Assembly: GCA_008690995.1 (NCBI GenBank)
Contig: VRMN01000004.1
Span: forward strand, 1,612,001 to 1,676,000
Direction: 5' to 3'
Source: Porphyridium purpureum
Lineage: Eukaryota
DNA: 64,000 nt
The notes under the pieces are model-generated. The model had not been told where the DNA came from, ran no database searches, and saw nothing but the letters and a program-made list of their open reading frames with translations. A program made the translations under genes and the position numbers. Shown one piece after another: positions 44,537 through 55,000 of the stretch. Within the stretch, counting starts at the first letter, position 1, and each line of letters starts with the position of its first letter.

Positions 44537-45205
44537 GGAAGCCGCGACCGATTCCGATTCTACATAGCTGAGTAATGGCGAGACGTGTGCCTTGCCCCCT
44601 ATCTGTTTTGACCCCCTTCACCTTCCCTTTTTCACTGGACCCCGTCGTTTTTATAGTAAAGCAGATCATTTTACGAGTAAAACTTGAAAGGTTTTGACCT
44701 TTCGAAAGTCTCGGCGCAAGTTGTGAGCAATGTGAAAGCTGGAGATAGGATCGACGCGACTGGAGCGGAAACGGCGGGATCGTTCGCCCAGTGCAACAGA
44801 GGATCTGGTCCCGGGACGCGCAAGCAAGGTAGGTAAAACACGCAACGGAGCTGACGCCGCGGTATTGCTCCTCGTCTCAGTTTTATTCCCGAGCGGGAAC
44901 GGTGCGCTGGTGTTCGGCTCGTATGATGAGAAACAATATCACACATCACAGACCTGTGCTGACGCTCTATTCTGTGGAGAGACTTGATTCTGCAAATCTG
45001 ATACCGACCTCGAGCATACACAAGCCGCAACCTTGTAGACGAGGCCTACGCCTCCGTGTCGTGCCTTATGTGACAGCAAACTGACTGGTGTTCTCCTCTC
45101 TTGCGTTTTCCAAACTGAACTGCAACTCGATAGATTGTCTGAAGAACACCGGGGACGGAACAAGCCACCTCGTTAAATCGCGTGCGCGCGGATCTTTTGA
45201 ACTTG

Positions 45206-46543
45206 ATGGCCGGAGCACGACGGGGCCTCGAGTCCCTGCTGCGCCTTCCAAGCGTTTCTTCCACCGTCAAGAACGCGCTGGACTCTGTTCTCAGTGGCGG
45301 CATAATTTCGAGCCCGGAAGTGGTGGACCGGCTACTTAACGCCGGTCCGGATGAGTACGAAGCCATATGCGTTGCCGCCGACGAGCTGCGCAAGGCGCAG
45401 GTGGGTGACGCAGTCTCCTTTGTGGTGAACCGCAATATTAATTTCACGAACGTGTGCGTGAAGCGCTGCGGCTTTTGTGCGTTTAGTCGCGATGCCAAAA
45501 AATCTGACGAAGGTTACGTGCTGCCCATCAAGGAAGTTGTGCGCCGCGCGTCCGAGGCGAAAGCGCTGGGCGCAACAGAGGTGTGCATACAGGCCGGCTT
45601 GCTGCCACATATGGACGGAGTGAAGTATCTCCACCTGGTAGCCGCCATCAAGGAGGCAGAGCCATCGCTGCATATCCACGCCTACTCGCCGGAAGAGATA
45701 TTGTATGGAAGCAAACTGATGGATTTACCAGTAAGCGAGTACTTAAAGCACATGAAGGGAGCAGGACTCGGCTCGCTGCCTGGAACGTCAGCGGAAATTC
45801 TCGACAAGGAAGTGCGCAATCTCATCAGCCCAGGACGTATCTCGGTAGATAACTGGCTAGAAGTGATACGCACCGCGCATGGGCTGGGCATCCCAACGAC
45901 GTCAACGATGATGTACGGACACGCTGAAAAAATGAGCCATGTTGCGAGGCACTTGCTGCTCTTGCAGCAGACGCAGCGCGAAACGCAGGGATTCACAGAG
46001 TTTGTACCACTCAGTTTTGTGAGCGAGCATGCACCAATGGCACAGCCGGGATTCAGGGGCCCTCGTGCGAAACCAGTCACCGTGCGTAAAGGCCCGAGCC
46101 GCGTGGAACGCATTTTGGTTCATGCCGTGTCGCGGCTCGTACTGGGACGATTCATACCTAATCTGCAAGTGTCGTGGGTCAAGGAAGGTTTAGAAGATGC
46201 TAAATCAATCCTTGAATGCGGCGCAAATGACTTGGGCGGTACCCTGATGAACGAAAGCATCAGCACGGCCGCCGGCTCGCGCTTTGGCCAGCTCCAGACT
46301 CCGAGTCAGCTGAAGGCCGCCATTCGGGAGCTTCGGCGGGTCCCCGTCGAGCGCAGCACCACATATCGCGTCCTCAGACGGTTCGACGTGGATCCGGCGG
46401 CCGATGAGCGCGAGGCGACTGGCGCAGCTCAAAGTCCTCTTGATCAGGTGCAAGATCATGACGAACGCTTCGGCTCATACGCCACACTCATCCATGACGA
46501 ACGCTTCAAGTATGACAATGACTTTTCCACACGATTAACGTAA
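45206..46543 (+). CDS. cofH: CofH, radical SAM subunit of FO (8-hydroxy-5-deazariboflavin) synthase
   Basis: VVNRNINFTNVCVKRCGFCAF (CX3CX2C), GATEVCIQAG, HIHAYSPEE, LPGTSAEILD (CofH type, not the MqnC/MqnE PGGGAE), TTSTMMYGH, GFTEFVPL, QVSWVK, GANDLGGTLMNESIS. Confidence 0.88.
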   Translation: MAGARRGLESLLRLPSVSSTVKNALDSVLSGGIISSPEVVDRLLNAGPDEYEAICVAADELRKAQVGDAVSFVVNRNINFTNVCVKRCGFCAFSRDAKKSDEGYVLPIKEVVRRASEAKALGATEVCIQAGLLPHMDGVKYLHLVAAIKEAEPSLHIHAYSPEEILYGSKLMDLPVSEYLKHMKGAGLGSLPGTSAEILDKEVRNLISPGRISVDNWLEVIRTAHGLGIPTTSTMMYGHAEKMSHVARHLLLLQQTQRETQGFTEFVPLSFVSEHAPMAQPGFRGPRAKPVTVRKGPSRVERILVHAVSRLVLGRFIPNLQVSWVKEGLEDAKSILECGANDLGGTLMNESISTAAGSRFGQLQTPSQLKAAIRELRRVPVERSTTYRVLRRFDVDPAADEREATGAAQSPLDQVQDHDERFGSYATLIHDERFKYDNDFSTRLT

Positions 46544-47706
46544 ATAGATGACTGGCTCTGGTCTAGATTCGATGATCCCTGTAATGACCCGCTCCCACAG
46601 CTTTGTGTGTCAGCATCTCTGTCGCCATCTGCGTTTTCGGCAGCTTGTCCATGGTGTGGAGTAGAATTGGGAGCAAAATCAGAGCCAATCATGACCACCA
46701 CACCAAGAAAACATGCGTCCCAGGCAACTTCCATTGCACTGCCGCCAACTTCAGCACTCGAGTCGGAAAGCGCGCATGCTAGAACATGAAAAAGCTCGTT
46801 GCGTGCCCAGCCAGAGCCGCTGTATTCTGTCTCAGCCTTGACCGAGCCCGTGAAGGAGCAAATGTCGATTCTCAAAAGCCTCGGAACCAAATTCTCATCG
46901 GCGACAGCACAGATGGACGCGCCGAGCAGGGCAGAATCGCCTTGCTGCATTTGCGACGGCAGTATTTCTGGGAAGGAATGCGCAAGTTACGCAGGCGGTC
47001 TTCAAAAGACGAAAACCTGGGCGCTGCGTGATGATAATTAACGGCGCGGCCGTCATGTGTGCCGCGAATATGCACGTACACGCTGAGATTCACCACCCCT
47101 CAAGCCAACGACCTAGCGACAAGCGCATCACCGGGCTCACTGAATAGGATCTGCAGCGGTTAAGCTCAACATTGGCGGCCGACATTGGCAAGTCTGAACG
47201 CTGCTCCACGCAGGCGCTCTACAGGTCAGCTTCGGTCCACACTGAGACTGGAAACAAACGATGCGTCTGAGTGCCCCGAAGCGGCGCGTCATTGCCGCGA
47301 ATTACCAGCTTTAAGGGCCGCATGCAGCAAGCTGTTCTGTGCAATTTTTTTCTCGGTTAGCGGCACACAGCGTGCGCAACCAGTCATTCGTGCATGGCAA
47401 ACACGCATCAACGTCACAAGGAGCGACGTCTCGATTCTCCGGATCAAAAGCAACAAGCACGACCACCCGGCCACCTGTGGATGCGCGCCTCAGAGCAAGT
47501 CGACCAAGTGTGCGCTCTTTGGCACTCGTTCAGGCGTGTTCGTCCTCGGCTGAGGACCCGTCTTCAACCGAATTCGGTACGCTCTTGACACGAGATAGCA
47601 GACTCGTCTCCGCTCGCGTGCGTCGATCGCGCGCTAGGCGTCACGGCACGCGCCGGACGGTTGAAGCTTTCGGTCTCGAGCGTCAAACAGGAAGCGGCTC
47701 TGTTTC

Positions 47707-49224
47707 ATGTGCGGCGTCCCGGCCGCCGTCGTCATGGGAGGCCAAGTTCATGTCCGCTCGACAGCCCGCATGCGGCCCGGACGAGAAACAAAGGATGGCA
47801 TGCCAAACGCGCTTGCATTTGCGATCAGCATGCTGGAAACGCCGTCCGCGTCCGAGCGCCCGCGTCGTGTCGCGGTGGTCGGCGGTGGAGCGGCTGGTTT
47901 CTTCGCTGCAATTCAGGCCGCGACTTGTGCGCGCAACGCGAAGCGAGATCTGCAGGTGTCGATCTTCGAGGCCAACGCCAGCGTATTGGGAAAGGTTGCA
48001 ATCAGTGGAGGAGGGCGCTGCAACGTGACGCATGCAGCTTTTGATCCCGCTGTGCTAGCGGAAGGGTATCCGCGAGGACGGCGCGAGCTGCTGGGGCCAT
48101 TTGAGACCACCTTCAATGCGCGCGACACGGTCAATTGGTTTGAGCAGCATGGCGTCCCGCTCAAGATTGAAGAGGACGGTCGCATTTTCCCTGTGTCAGA
48201 TTCCAGTCAGAGCATTATCGATGCTCTGGTGCGCACGGCACAGAGCTTGAAAGTTCAAGTGCACTGCTCCTGCCCGGTCCAGCACATTCAAGTGCTCGAC
48301 GGGCAAGCGCAAGGTCGATTCCTTCTCAAACTGCGACGCCGGCTGGCCCAACAGGACAGCAACGATGAGCAGATGTTTGACCAGGTTCTCGTTGCGGCAG
48401 GCTCGAATCGTCAGGTGATGAGATGGATGCATGAGCTTGGTCACGAAATTTCTGCACCAGTCCCGTCGTTGTTCACGTTTGCTTCAAAGGATAGCCTGCT
48501 ACAAGGGCTGGCGGGAGTGTCGATCGAGGCCCAAGTTTCGCTTGTTTTGCCTGAAGAAGTGAAAAAGGGCTCGCGCAAGGCGTCGGCGCGGGCGTTCGGT
48601 CTCGTGCAGCGTGGTCCAGTCTTAATCACGCACGTTGGACTGAGTGGACCGGCAATATTGCGATTGTCTGCTTTTGGTGCGCGGCTCATTCATGACTTAA
48701 CTTACAAGTTTGATATAGCAGTGGACTTTTTGCCCAGCTCTGAATCGACCATGACGCTTGCGGCGATCGAGACGGCCAAGGTTCGCTATGCAAACAAAAT
48801 TGTCCGGTCCTTCTGTCCCTTGCGCACGGATCCGCTCGCTCAGACAACGAATGATGGTAGTGGGCTTTTGAAATCAAGTCCGTCGATTCCCAAGCGCCTG
48901 TGGCAGGCGTTGGTCGTCAGTACTCTGGGCACGTCACGCGAGACGATCAAGTGGAGCGAGCTTTCCAAGGCGGAGTGCGAAAGGCTGTGCCGCACCCTAC
49001 ACGGCTACGTGTGCCACGTTTCCCAAAAAGGGGCCTACAAGGATGAGTTTGTCACATGCGGCGGCGTCGCGTTGAAAAGTATCAATCTGAAGAGGATGGA
49101 GTCCAAGGTTGTGCCTGGCCTGTTCTTTGCCGGAGAGATCATGGACGTCGATGGCATTACGGGAGGTTGGAACTTCCAGAACGCATGGACTTCAGGCTAC
49201 ATTGCCGGCCAAAACCTCGGCTAG
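47707..49224 (+). CDS. HI0933/YhiN/BaiN family FAD-dependent oxidoreductase
   Basis: VVGGGAAG, GKVAISGGGRCNVT, EEDGRIFP, PVPSLFTF, LITHVGLSGPAIL, VTCGGV, FFAGEIMDVDGITGGWNFQNAW; N-terminal extension of about 50 aa. Confidence 0.92.
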   Translation: MCGVPAAVVMGGQVHVRSTARMRPGRETKDGMPNALAFAISMLETPSASERPRRVAVVGGGAAGFFAAIQAATCARNAKRDLQVSIFEANASVLGKVAISGGGRCNVTHAAFDPAVLAEGYPRGRRELLGPFETTFNARDTVNWFEQHGVPLKIEEDGRIFPVSDSSQSIIDALVRTAQSLKVQVHCSCPVQHIQVLDGQAQGRFLLKLRRRLAQQDSNDEQMFDQVLVAAGSNRQVMRWMHELGHEISAPVPSLFTFASKDSLLQGLAGVSIEAQVSLVLPEEVKKGSRKASARAFGLVQRGPVLITHVGLSGPAILRLSAFGARLIHDLTYKFDIAVDFLPSSESTMTLAAIETAKVRYANKIVRSFCPLRTDPLAQTTNDGSGLLKSSPSIPKRLWQALVVSTLGTSRETIKWSELSKAECERLCRTLHGYVCHVSQKGAYKDEFVTCGGVALKSINLKRMESKVVPGLFFAGEIMDVDGITGGWNFQNAWTSGYIAGQNLG

Positions 49225-49620
49225 CCTTGACAACCGCCACCCGGAGTCGCCGTCCTTCATCTCGATCGCATGCGCGTTTCGCTCTGACGTCTCAAAACGT
49301 TGCTCATGGTTTATTTGTCGAAGCCAAGTTGGTGGCGCTGACGGTCACCGTACCACGCCTGCCTTCAAGCCAACGGCGCTAGCAAAGAGGCGTTGTATGG
49401 GAAAGGGAGAGAGCCAGAGTTTTCGTTGTTTATCAAGTTTCGAGTAAACGTCCTATAGAAGGCTCGTGCTTTAACGGGGGGTAGACGCACCCTCTCCGGA
49501 AGGAATGGCAGCTCTTGGCCAGGGCGGTGACGACTCTTACAAACCGGTTCAACTTGAAATTGTTACGTGTCGCGCCAATTCAGCCGTTTCATGGATTTAA
49601 ATGTTCCCATCCAAGAGACG

Positions 49621-50899
49621 CCCTGGGTGTGGAAAAAACGTCTCTAACAATTAGCACACTGCAAAATTTGTCCATTCTCATAGTAAATTATGGACTCTTA
49701 ATATGAAGACATGTTTCGGAGGGGGAAACAGGATGCTCAAACAAATAGGACACAAGTGTTTTGGCGCGCCCGGCGGCGGCCAGTCGACAAGAAGAGGGCG
49801 ATTTTGGGCGGGATATGGGGCGCGCGGGTGCGTTGACCGAGGCGGAGAAGCGTGCCATTTGGGGATAGCTCGCGGAGGGGCTGAAACTGTCCGATATAGC
49901 CACGCGCGCGGATCGGTCAAGAAAAGGTGCACAGCGCTTTCTGGACCAGCCCAAAGCGGCCCCAGGCTACGTCGGCAATCCGAATGCCCGTAAATTCACA
50001 GGACCCGCTCAAACGCGCGTTTTGAATAAACTTAGAGCGGCTCCCTAGGAGCCCTCTAAAGGCTCTCACAATGCAGGTCAATACCGGCAGGTCCCAAAGG
50101 AAGCCAGTAAACCGTGAGACAGTGAGGCGCAATATGGCCGATGATCTGTCCTTTCGGCGTGCCATCGTCAGGCAGCCTCTTTCCCGTGAGAATCGGCTGT
50201 GTCGCGTGGCATTTGCCATGCAAAATTTGAATAAAATAGAAAAGCATGGAAAGTTCATCTTTACGGATGAAGAGAAGTTCAATTTAGATGGCTCTGATGG
50301 GTATTCTGGTCAGTGGGTCCCGACAGGAGAGCCTCCGGATCGAGTCCGCCGTCATACGGGCGGCGAGAGTGTGATGTTTCGGATGGCAATTTCTTCCGCT
50401 GGGAAGATGGCGCTCCTAAAGACCCCAGCAAGGATCACTTCAGAAAACTATGTAGCCATGCTGGAGTCCGCTCGAGTGGCGACCATCTTTAGTGAAACCC
50501 ATCTAGAAGGATGGACATTCATGCAGGACAATGCCCCTGCTCATGCAGCGCAGAATACGAAATCCTTCTTCACGCGCGAAACAGGCAGTATGAGTCTCTC
50601 TCAGAGCTGGAGGCTGAAATCATAGAAGTCTGGGCGTTGATCACGAACGCAGAGGTTCGGAGCCCTCTGACGGGGTGGAATGCACGTCTACACCGCTGCG
50701 TGAACATGGAGGGCACGACCGTCCAGAACATTTAGTTCCTAGATCTCCATATAGTCTCTCTTTGTCAAGTGTGCTATTTGTTTGAGCATCCTGTATCCCT
50801 CTCCAAAAAGTGTCTTCATGGTAAACTTTCATAATTTGCTATGGGAATGTGCAAATTTTGTAGTGGGCTAATTGTTTGAGACGCTTTTTACTTGCAATG
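49621..50899 (+). mobile_element. Defective Tc1/mariner DNA transposon with long TIRs
   Basis: Imperfect inverted repeats at about 49633-49753 and 50769-50889, TA at 50900-50901. Transposase from ATG 49815 with stops and frameshifts; FTDEEKFNLDGSDG and FMQDNAPAH present, SPDLNPIE segment missing. Confidence 0.88.
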
Positions 50900-52082
50900 T
50901 ACGCCGTTGTAGTCGTGAGCGTAGTGATCGAGGCGCGTGTTTGGTGGCGGACTCGGTCCCACCCTCGGTCTTCCACTACGGAGTGTTTTCGTGGACCGTG
51001 CCTGTCGCACTTGAGTACAGTGTGTGTTTGCTTTTGTGCTGTGGTGGCTCTTTGCTCCTTCGCTTTGTGTGCGGGCTCTCTGCACATGTGTTTCCCCCGG
51101 CCCTCCTTCGCCCGCTATCGCTTCGGGGAGGTGAGACTCCTTTACAGCCGCGCATGCGCGGAGGATGAGCAGCGGTTGCGAATGCGAGGAAGTTTTCGTC
51201 CTTTGCGGACGCAGACCCTAGAGTATACAACGCGCGCTCGCATGGAGCGGCGACGCCGTAACAGAGTTGATTCAGAAGCAAGGACACAGCCGGTGAGAGA
51301 GATAAAGATGGTTTGCGGGAAATCCCGAGCGCCCGCACACGCAAGTGAGCCCGAGCCGAGGAGCGCGTAACGGGTTATCGGCCCATAACCGTTTATGCGT
51401 TCAAGAAAAACAACGGTCGCCATGTGTCTAGAAAGTGTTTTTTAACGATACGTTGCTTCAACTTACATTCCCCTCCCCTCCCTCCCTCCCCGTCTCCCCC
51501 CTTGCCGGATGGAGAACGATTCTGAACATGTATCCTATTTGTGCACACTTCAATTCTGAGATGCTGTACCCCCAAGTGTACACCCAGCGCGTCTCATAAA
51601 TCGGATCACGTTCAATCCATGTTCCGTCTGTGCTGTCAATTAATCCTCAGCTCTTTTCTATAGCCGCTGTGCTTGATCCTCACGACTCTCCCTCTCTCTG
51701 TGTGTGCTTGCTGGTCATCTACGACATGCACCCGCGCCAGTCTCTAGTAAAAACGCCGTGTCTCGTGCACACTCTGCTCACGCGTGTGGGCGGAGGTCGC
51801 TGTCACCTTCAACTGACTGATGAACTGCATAACAGCCCCGTTCTACTGAACAAAGCGCACTGGGACGATGTGTCTGAGACAATGGGGTATTCCGAGTACT
51901 GAATCCGCCGGGCAAGCCGTTGTGTGGCCACCGGAAGGTACGTATAAAATTATGAGCCGGCGCCATGTGAGCGGCCGTCTCCCCGCGAGGAACGATGGAA
52001 CGGAACGGAGGGCAAGGTACGGAAGGAAAAAAAGGCGGGAGGATTCAGCTTCCGCATTCGTGACAGAAGGAGAAGTTAAAGT

Positions 52083-55000
52083 ATGGCTAGTTGGGCGAAC
52101 GCGCCGCAACGCGGCCGTCTGCTCGATGCCGCGAACCTAGAAGACTGCATCGGCGCCGTGCCGCCAAGGCTGTATGAGCACGGGCCGCGCGATCTGTGGG
52201 AGGAAAAGCACCAGGTCGAGGCCGCCATGGGCGAGTTCTGGAAGCGGGATTCGGCGCTGGATGTACATAGCGAGCACTTTGACTTTCGAGCGCTCCACGT
52301 TTGGCTCGCGGAAATGTACACGGATCACATGGGATGGAACACTGGCAAGGTGTCTCTCGCATTTGAACGCGTGTCTGTGACCGTGCCCGTACTGATCGGC
52401 GCCGGATCTGACGGAACGGTAAAGGAGTCCTTGATTGCCCCGCTCAAGGCCGTATACGAGTTTGTGAAAAGACGCATGCTTTTACGGACGGGACAGCTGA
52501 TCCTCGAGGACCATAAGGTCCTCGACAGTGTGTCGGGATACTGCAAGGCCGGTGAAATGCTGCTTATCGTGGGTCCACCCGGGTGCGGGGGCAGCACCCT
52601 GCTGCAGCTCTTGTCCCTTCGTGGAGCCTACTTTTCGAACAGAAGCGGGTCTGTGAAGTACAACAAAATTGACGTCATGGACCAGAGTACGCCGATGCTC
52701 GCCCCGCTCCGCAAAATGTGCTGCCTGATCAACCAAGAAGACACACACCTTGCACCTCTCAGTGTGTATGACACCATTCAATTTGCCGCAGACTGCCTCA
52801 TTCCCAGCATCATTCCGTTCGCACACTACATGCGCGAAGCGTACGTGATCAGTGTCGCCCGTTTCCTTGGGATCGAGCGCGTCTTCATGACTCCAGTTGG
52901 TGACGAGAACATCCGCGGCTGCTCAGGTGGCGAGAGAAAAAGAGTTACGATTGCAGAAATGATAGTGTCCGAGCTCGCTAAAGTCGTGCTTCTCGACACG
53001 TTCAACAAAGGTCTTGACGCCGCAGCGACGCTTGACATTACGCTCGAGCTAAAAAACCTTGCGCAGAAGCTGCATATCGCTGTGGTCGCAATCGTGCAGC
53101 AGCCCAGCTCGGGCGTCTTTGACGCATTCGACAAAGTGCTCGTACTTGACCAAGGCAAGACCATTTACTTTGGGCCGCCAGGCCAGGCGTGTGCTTACTT
53201 TGAGCAGCTTGGATTTAAAAAGCCCGAGTATCGCTCAGTGCCAGACTTTGTTTGCACCGTTTCGGATCCGGCCTCATTTGATGAGCTTGTCCCGCCAGCA
53301 AATCGCGATAGTGTTCCCGTTCAAGCAGAAGATTTTGCAAACGCGTTTCGCGACAGCCCGCTCTTTGCCGAGTGCGCAGAGCAACTTGAAAAGGGTCTCG
53401 ATGGGGGAGATCTTTTCATCAATGAGCACTGGAAGGAGCTGGTCGATCCAGAGATTGTCGCGTACCTGAATCGTGAGTCGCTTAATCCGCGGGGCCGCCA
53501 ATTGTGGGTGCTGCTGCGACGCAACTTTCGGCTTGAGCTTCTGGATTCAGGTACGTTGATTGGGGACTTTGTATTGAGCGTCGTGATTGGCCTACTGCTC
53601 GGTACACTGTTCCTGAATACGCCAGATACCCAAAACGGTGCGATCACGCGGACGGGCCTGATCTTCACACTGCTTGTATACGTAAGTATGACCGGCCTTG
53701 CCACGATCAGCCGCAAGTACGCGCTTCGGCACGTCTTTCTCAAGCAGCGCGAGGCGTCTTTTTATCAGCCGGGTTCCCATATCATCGCATCCTTTCTGGT
53801 AGACGCAACCTTTGCTGCTCTCAAGACGATTGTGTTTTCTGTTTGCTCGTACTGGCTGGCCAATCTGAACAGAAGCGCTGGCCGGTTCTTCCTATTCGTA
53901 CTCATCTGCTTTCTTGCGGCGATGACTGTGGACTCAATGGTGCGCCTGTTCAGCGTCGTGTTTGCGAGCCAGATTTCTGCGACCGGTGCGGCGGGTCTCT
54001 TCAATTTGATTTTTTTGCTCTTTTCGGGCTACCTCATCCCTCAGCCACAGATTGGTGGCTGGTTCGTGTGGTTATTTTGGCTCTCGCCCCTGCAGTATGC
54101 GTTCCAGGCGCTCGTTGCAAATGAAATGTACGGAAGGCCGATCACGTGCACACAAGGCGAGCTTCTACCAGTGGATCCATCCATTCCGGACGCATTCAAA
54201 ACGTGTCTGTATCCATCCGGCGAGGCGTATGCGACTTCTGCTCAGTATGTGCGCGAAGGTTTTGTGTGGGTTTGGTACAATATACTGATTCTGGTAGGCT
54301 TCATGGCTTTGCTCATGAGCGTCACAATCGTGCTTACGTACCGAATGCGGCCGACAGAGTATAAGTATCGTCGCCTGCTAAACGGCAGCCGCATTGCTGA
54401 TGAGGCTGAGATAGTCAAGCACGCAGAAAAGCAGCAGAGTCAGCGGACAGAAACACACTCAAAGCTTAAGAAGACCCCGTCAAAAAGTGTTGGTGCAAGC
54501 GGGAGCATTGTTGAGCCACACGTTGACGTCGATTTGAGGATGGCTCATCGGAAGCCAGCACTCCTTGTTTGGCGCAACCTGAGTTACACGGTTCCCATCG
54601 GCAAGGGCCAGACAAAGCAACTTCTAAAGGGTATTGACGGATTTTGCCGACCCGGTCGCATGATTGCTCTCATGGGCTCGAGTGGAGCGGGGAAGACAAC
54701 GCTGATGGATGTCGTGGCAATGCGAAAAACCATGGGTGTTGTTGAGGGTAGTATCTTGGTCAATGACTTCCCGCAGGACGAGTTCTTCTCTCGGTACTCA
54801 GGTTATGTCGAACAAATGGACGTTCACCAAGGCAAACTCACCGTTTACGAGAGTCTAGAGTTTTCTGCGCGCATGAGGCTTTCACCCGATGCGTCGGATG
54901 AGGAAGTGCAGGCCGTTGTCGAAGAAACGCTCGACGTGCTGCTGTTGGGGGATCGAGCAGACCAGCGGGTCGGTACGCCTGGTGTAGACGGGCTCCCCGC

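Noticed and set aside
44600..45200. CofG domain upstream of cofH
   Set aside because: No CX3CX2C or CofG-like motif found in the frames inspected; several stops.
45206..46543. MqnC/MqnE (futalosine pathway) or ThiH/HydG
   Set aside because: PGTSAEILD, QVSWVK and GGTLMNESIS fit CofH better than these families.
46456..47474. Minus-strand gene between cofH and HI0933
   Set aside because: Only short ORFs without recognisable motifs.
43530..50899. Composite transposon carrying cofH and HI0933
   Set aside because: The two Tc1 relics are highly diverged from each other, the left one has no recognisable TIRs, and no shared TSD is visible.
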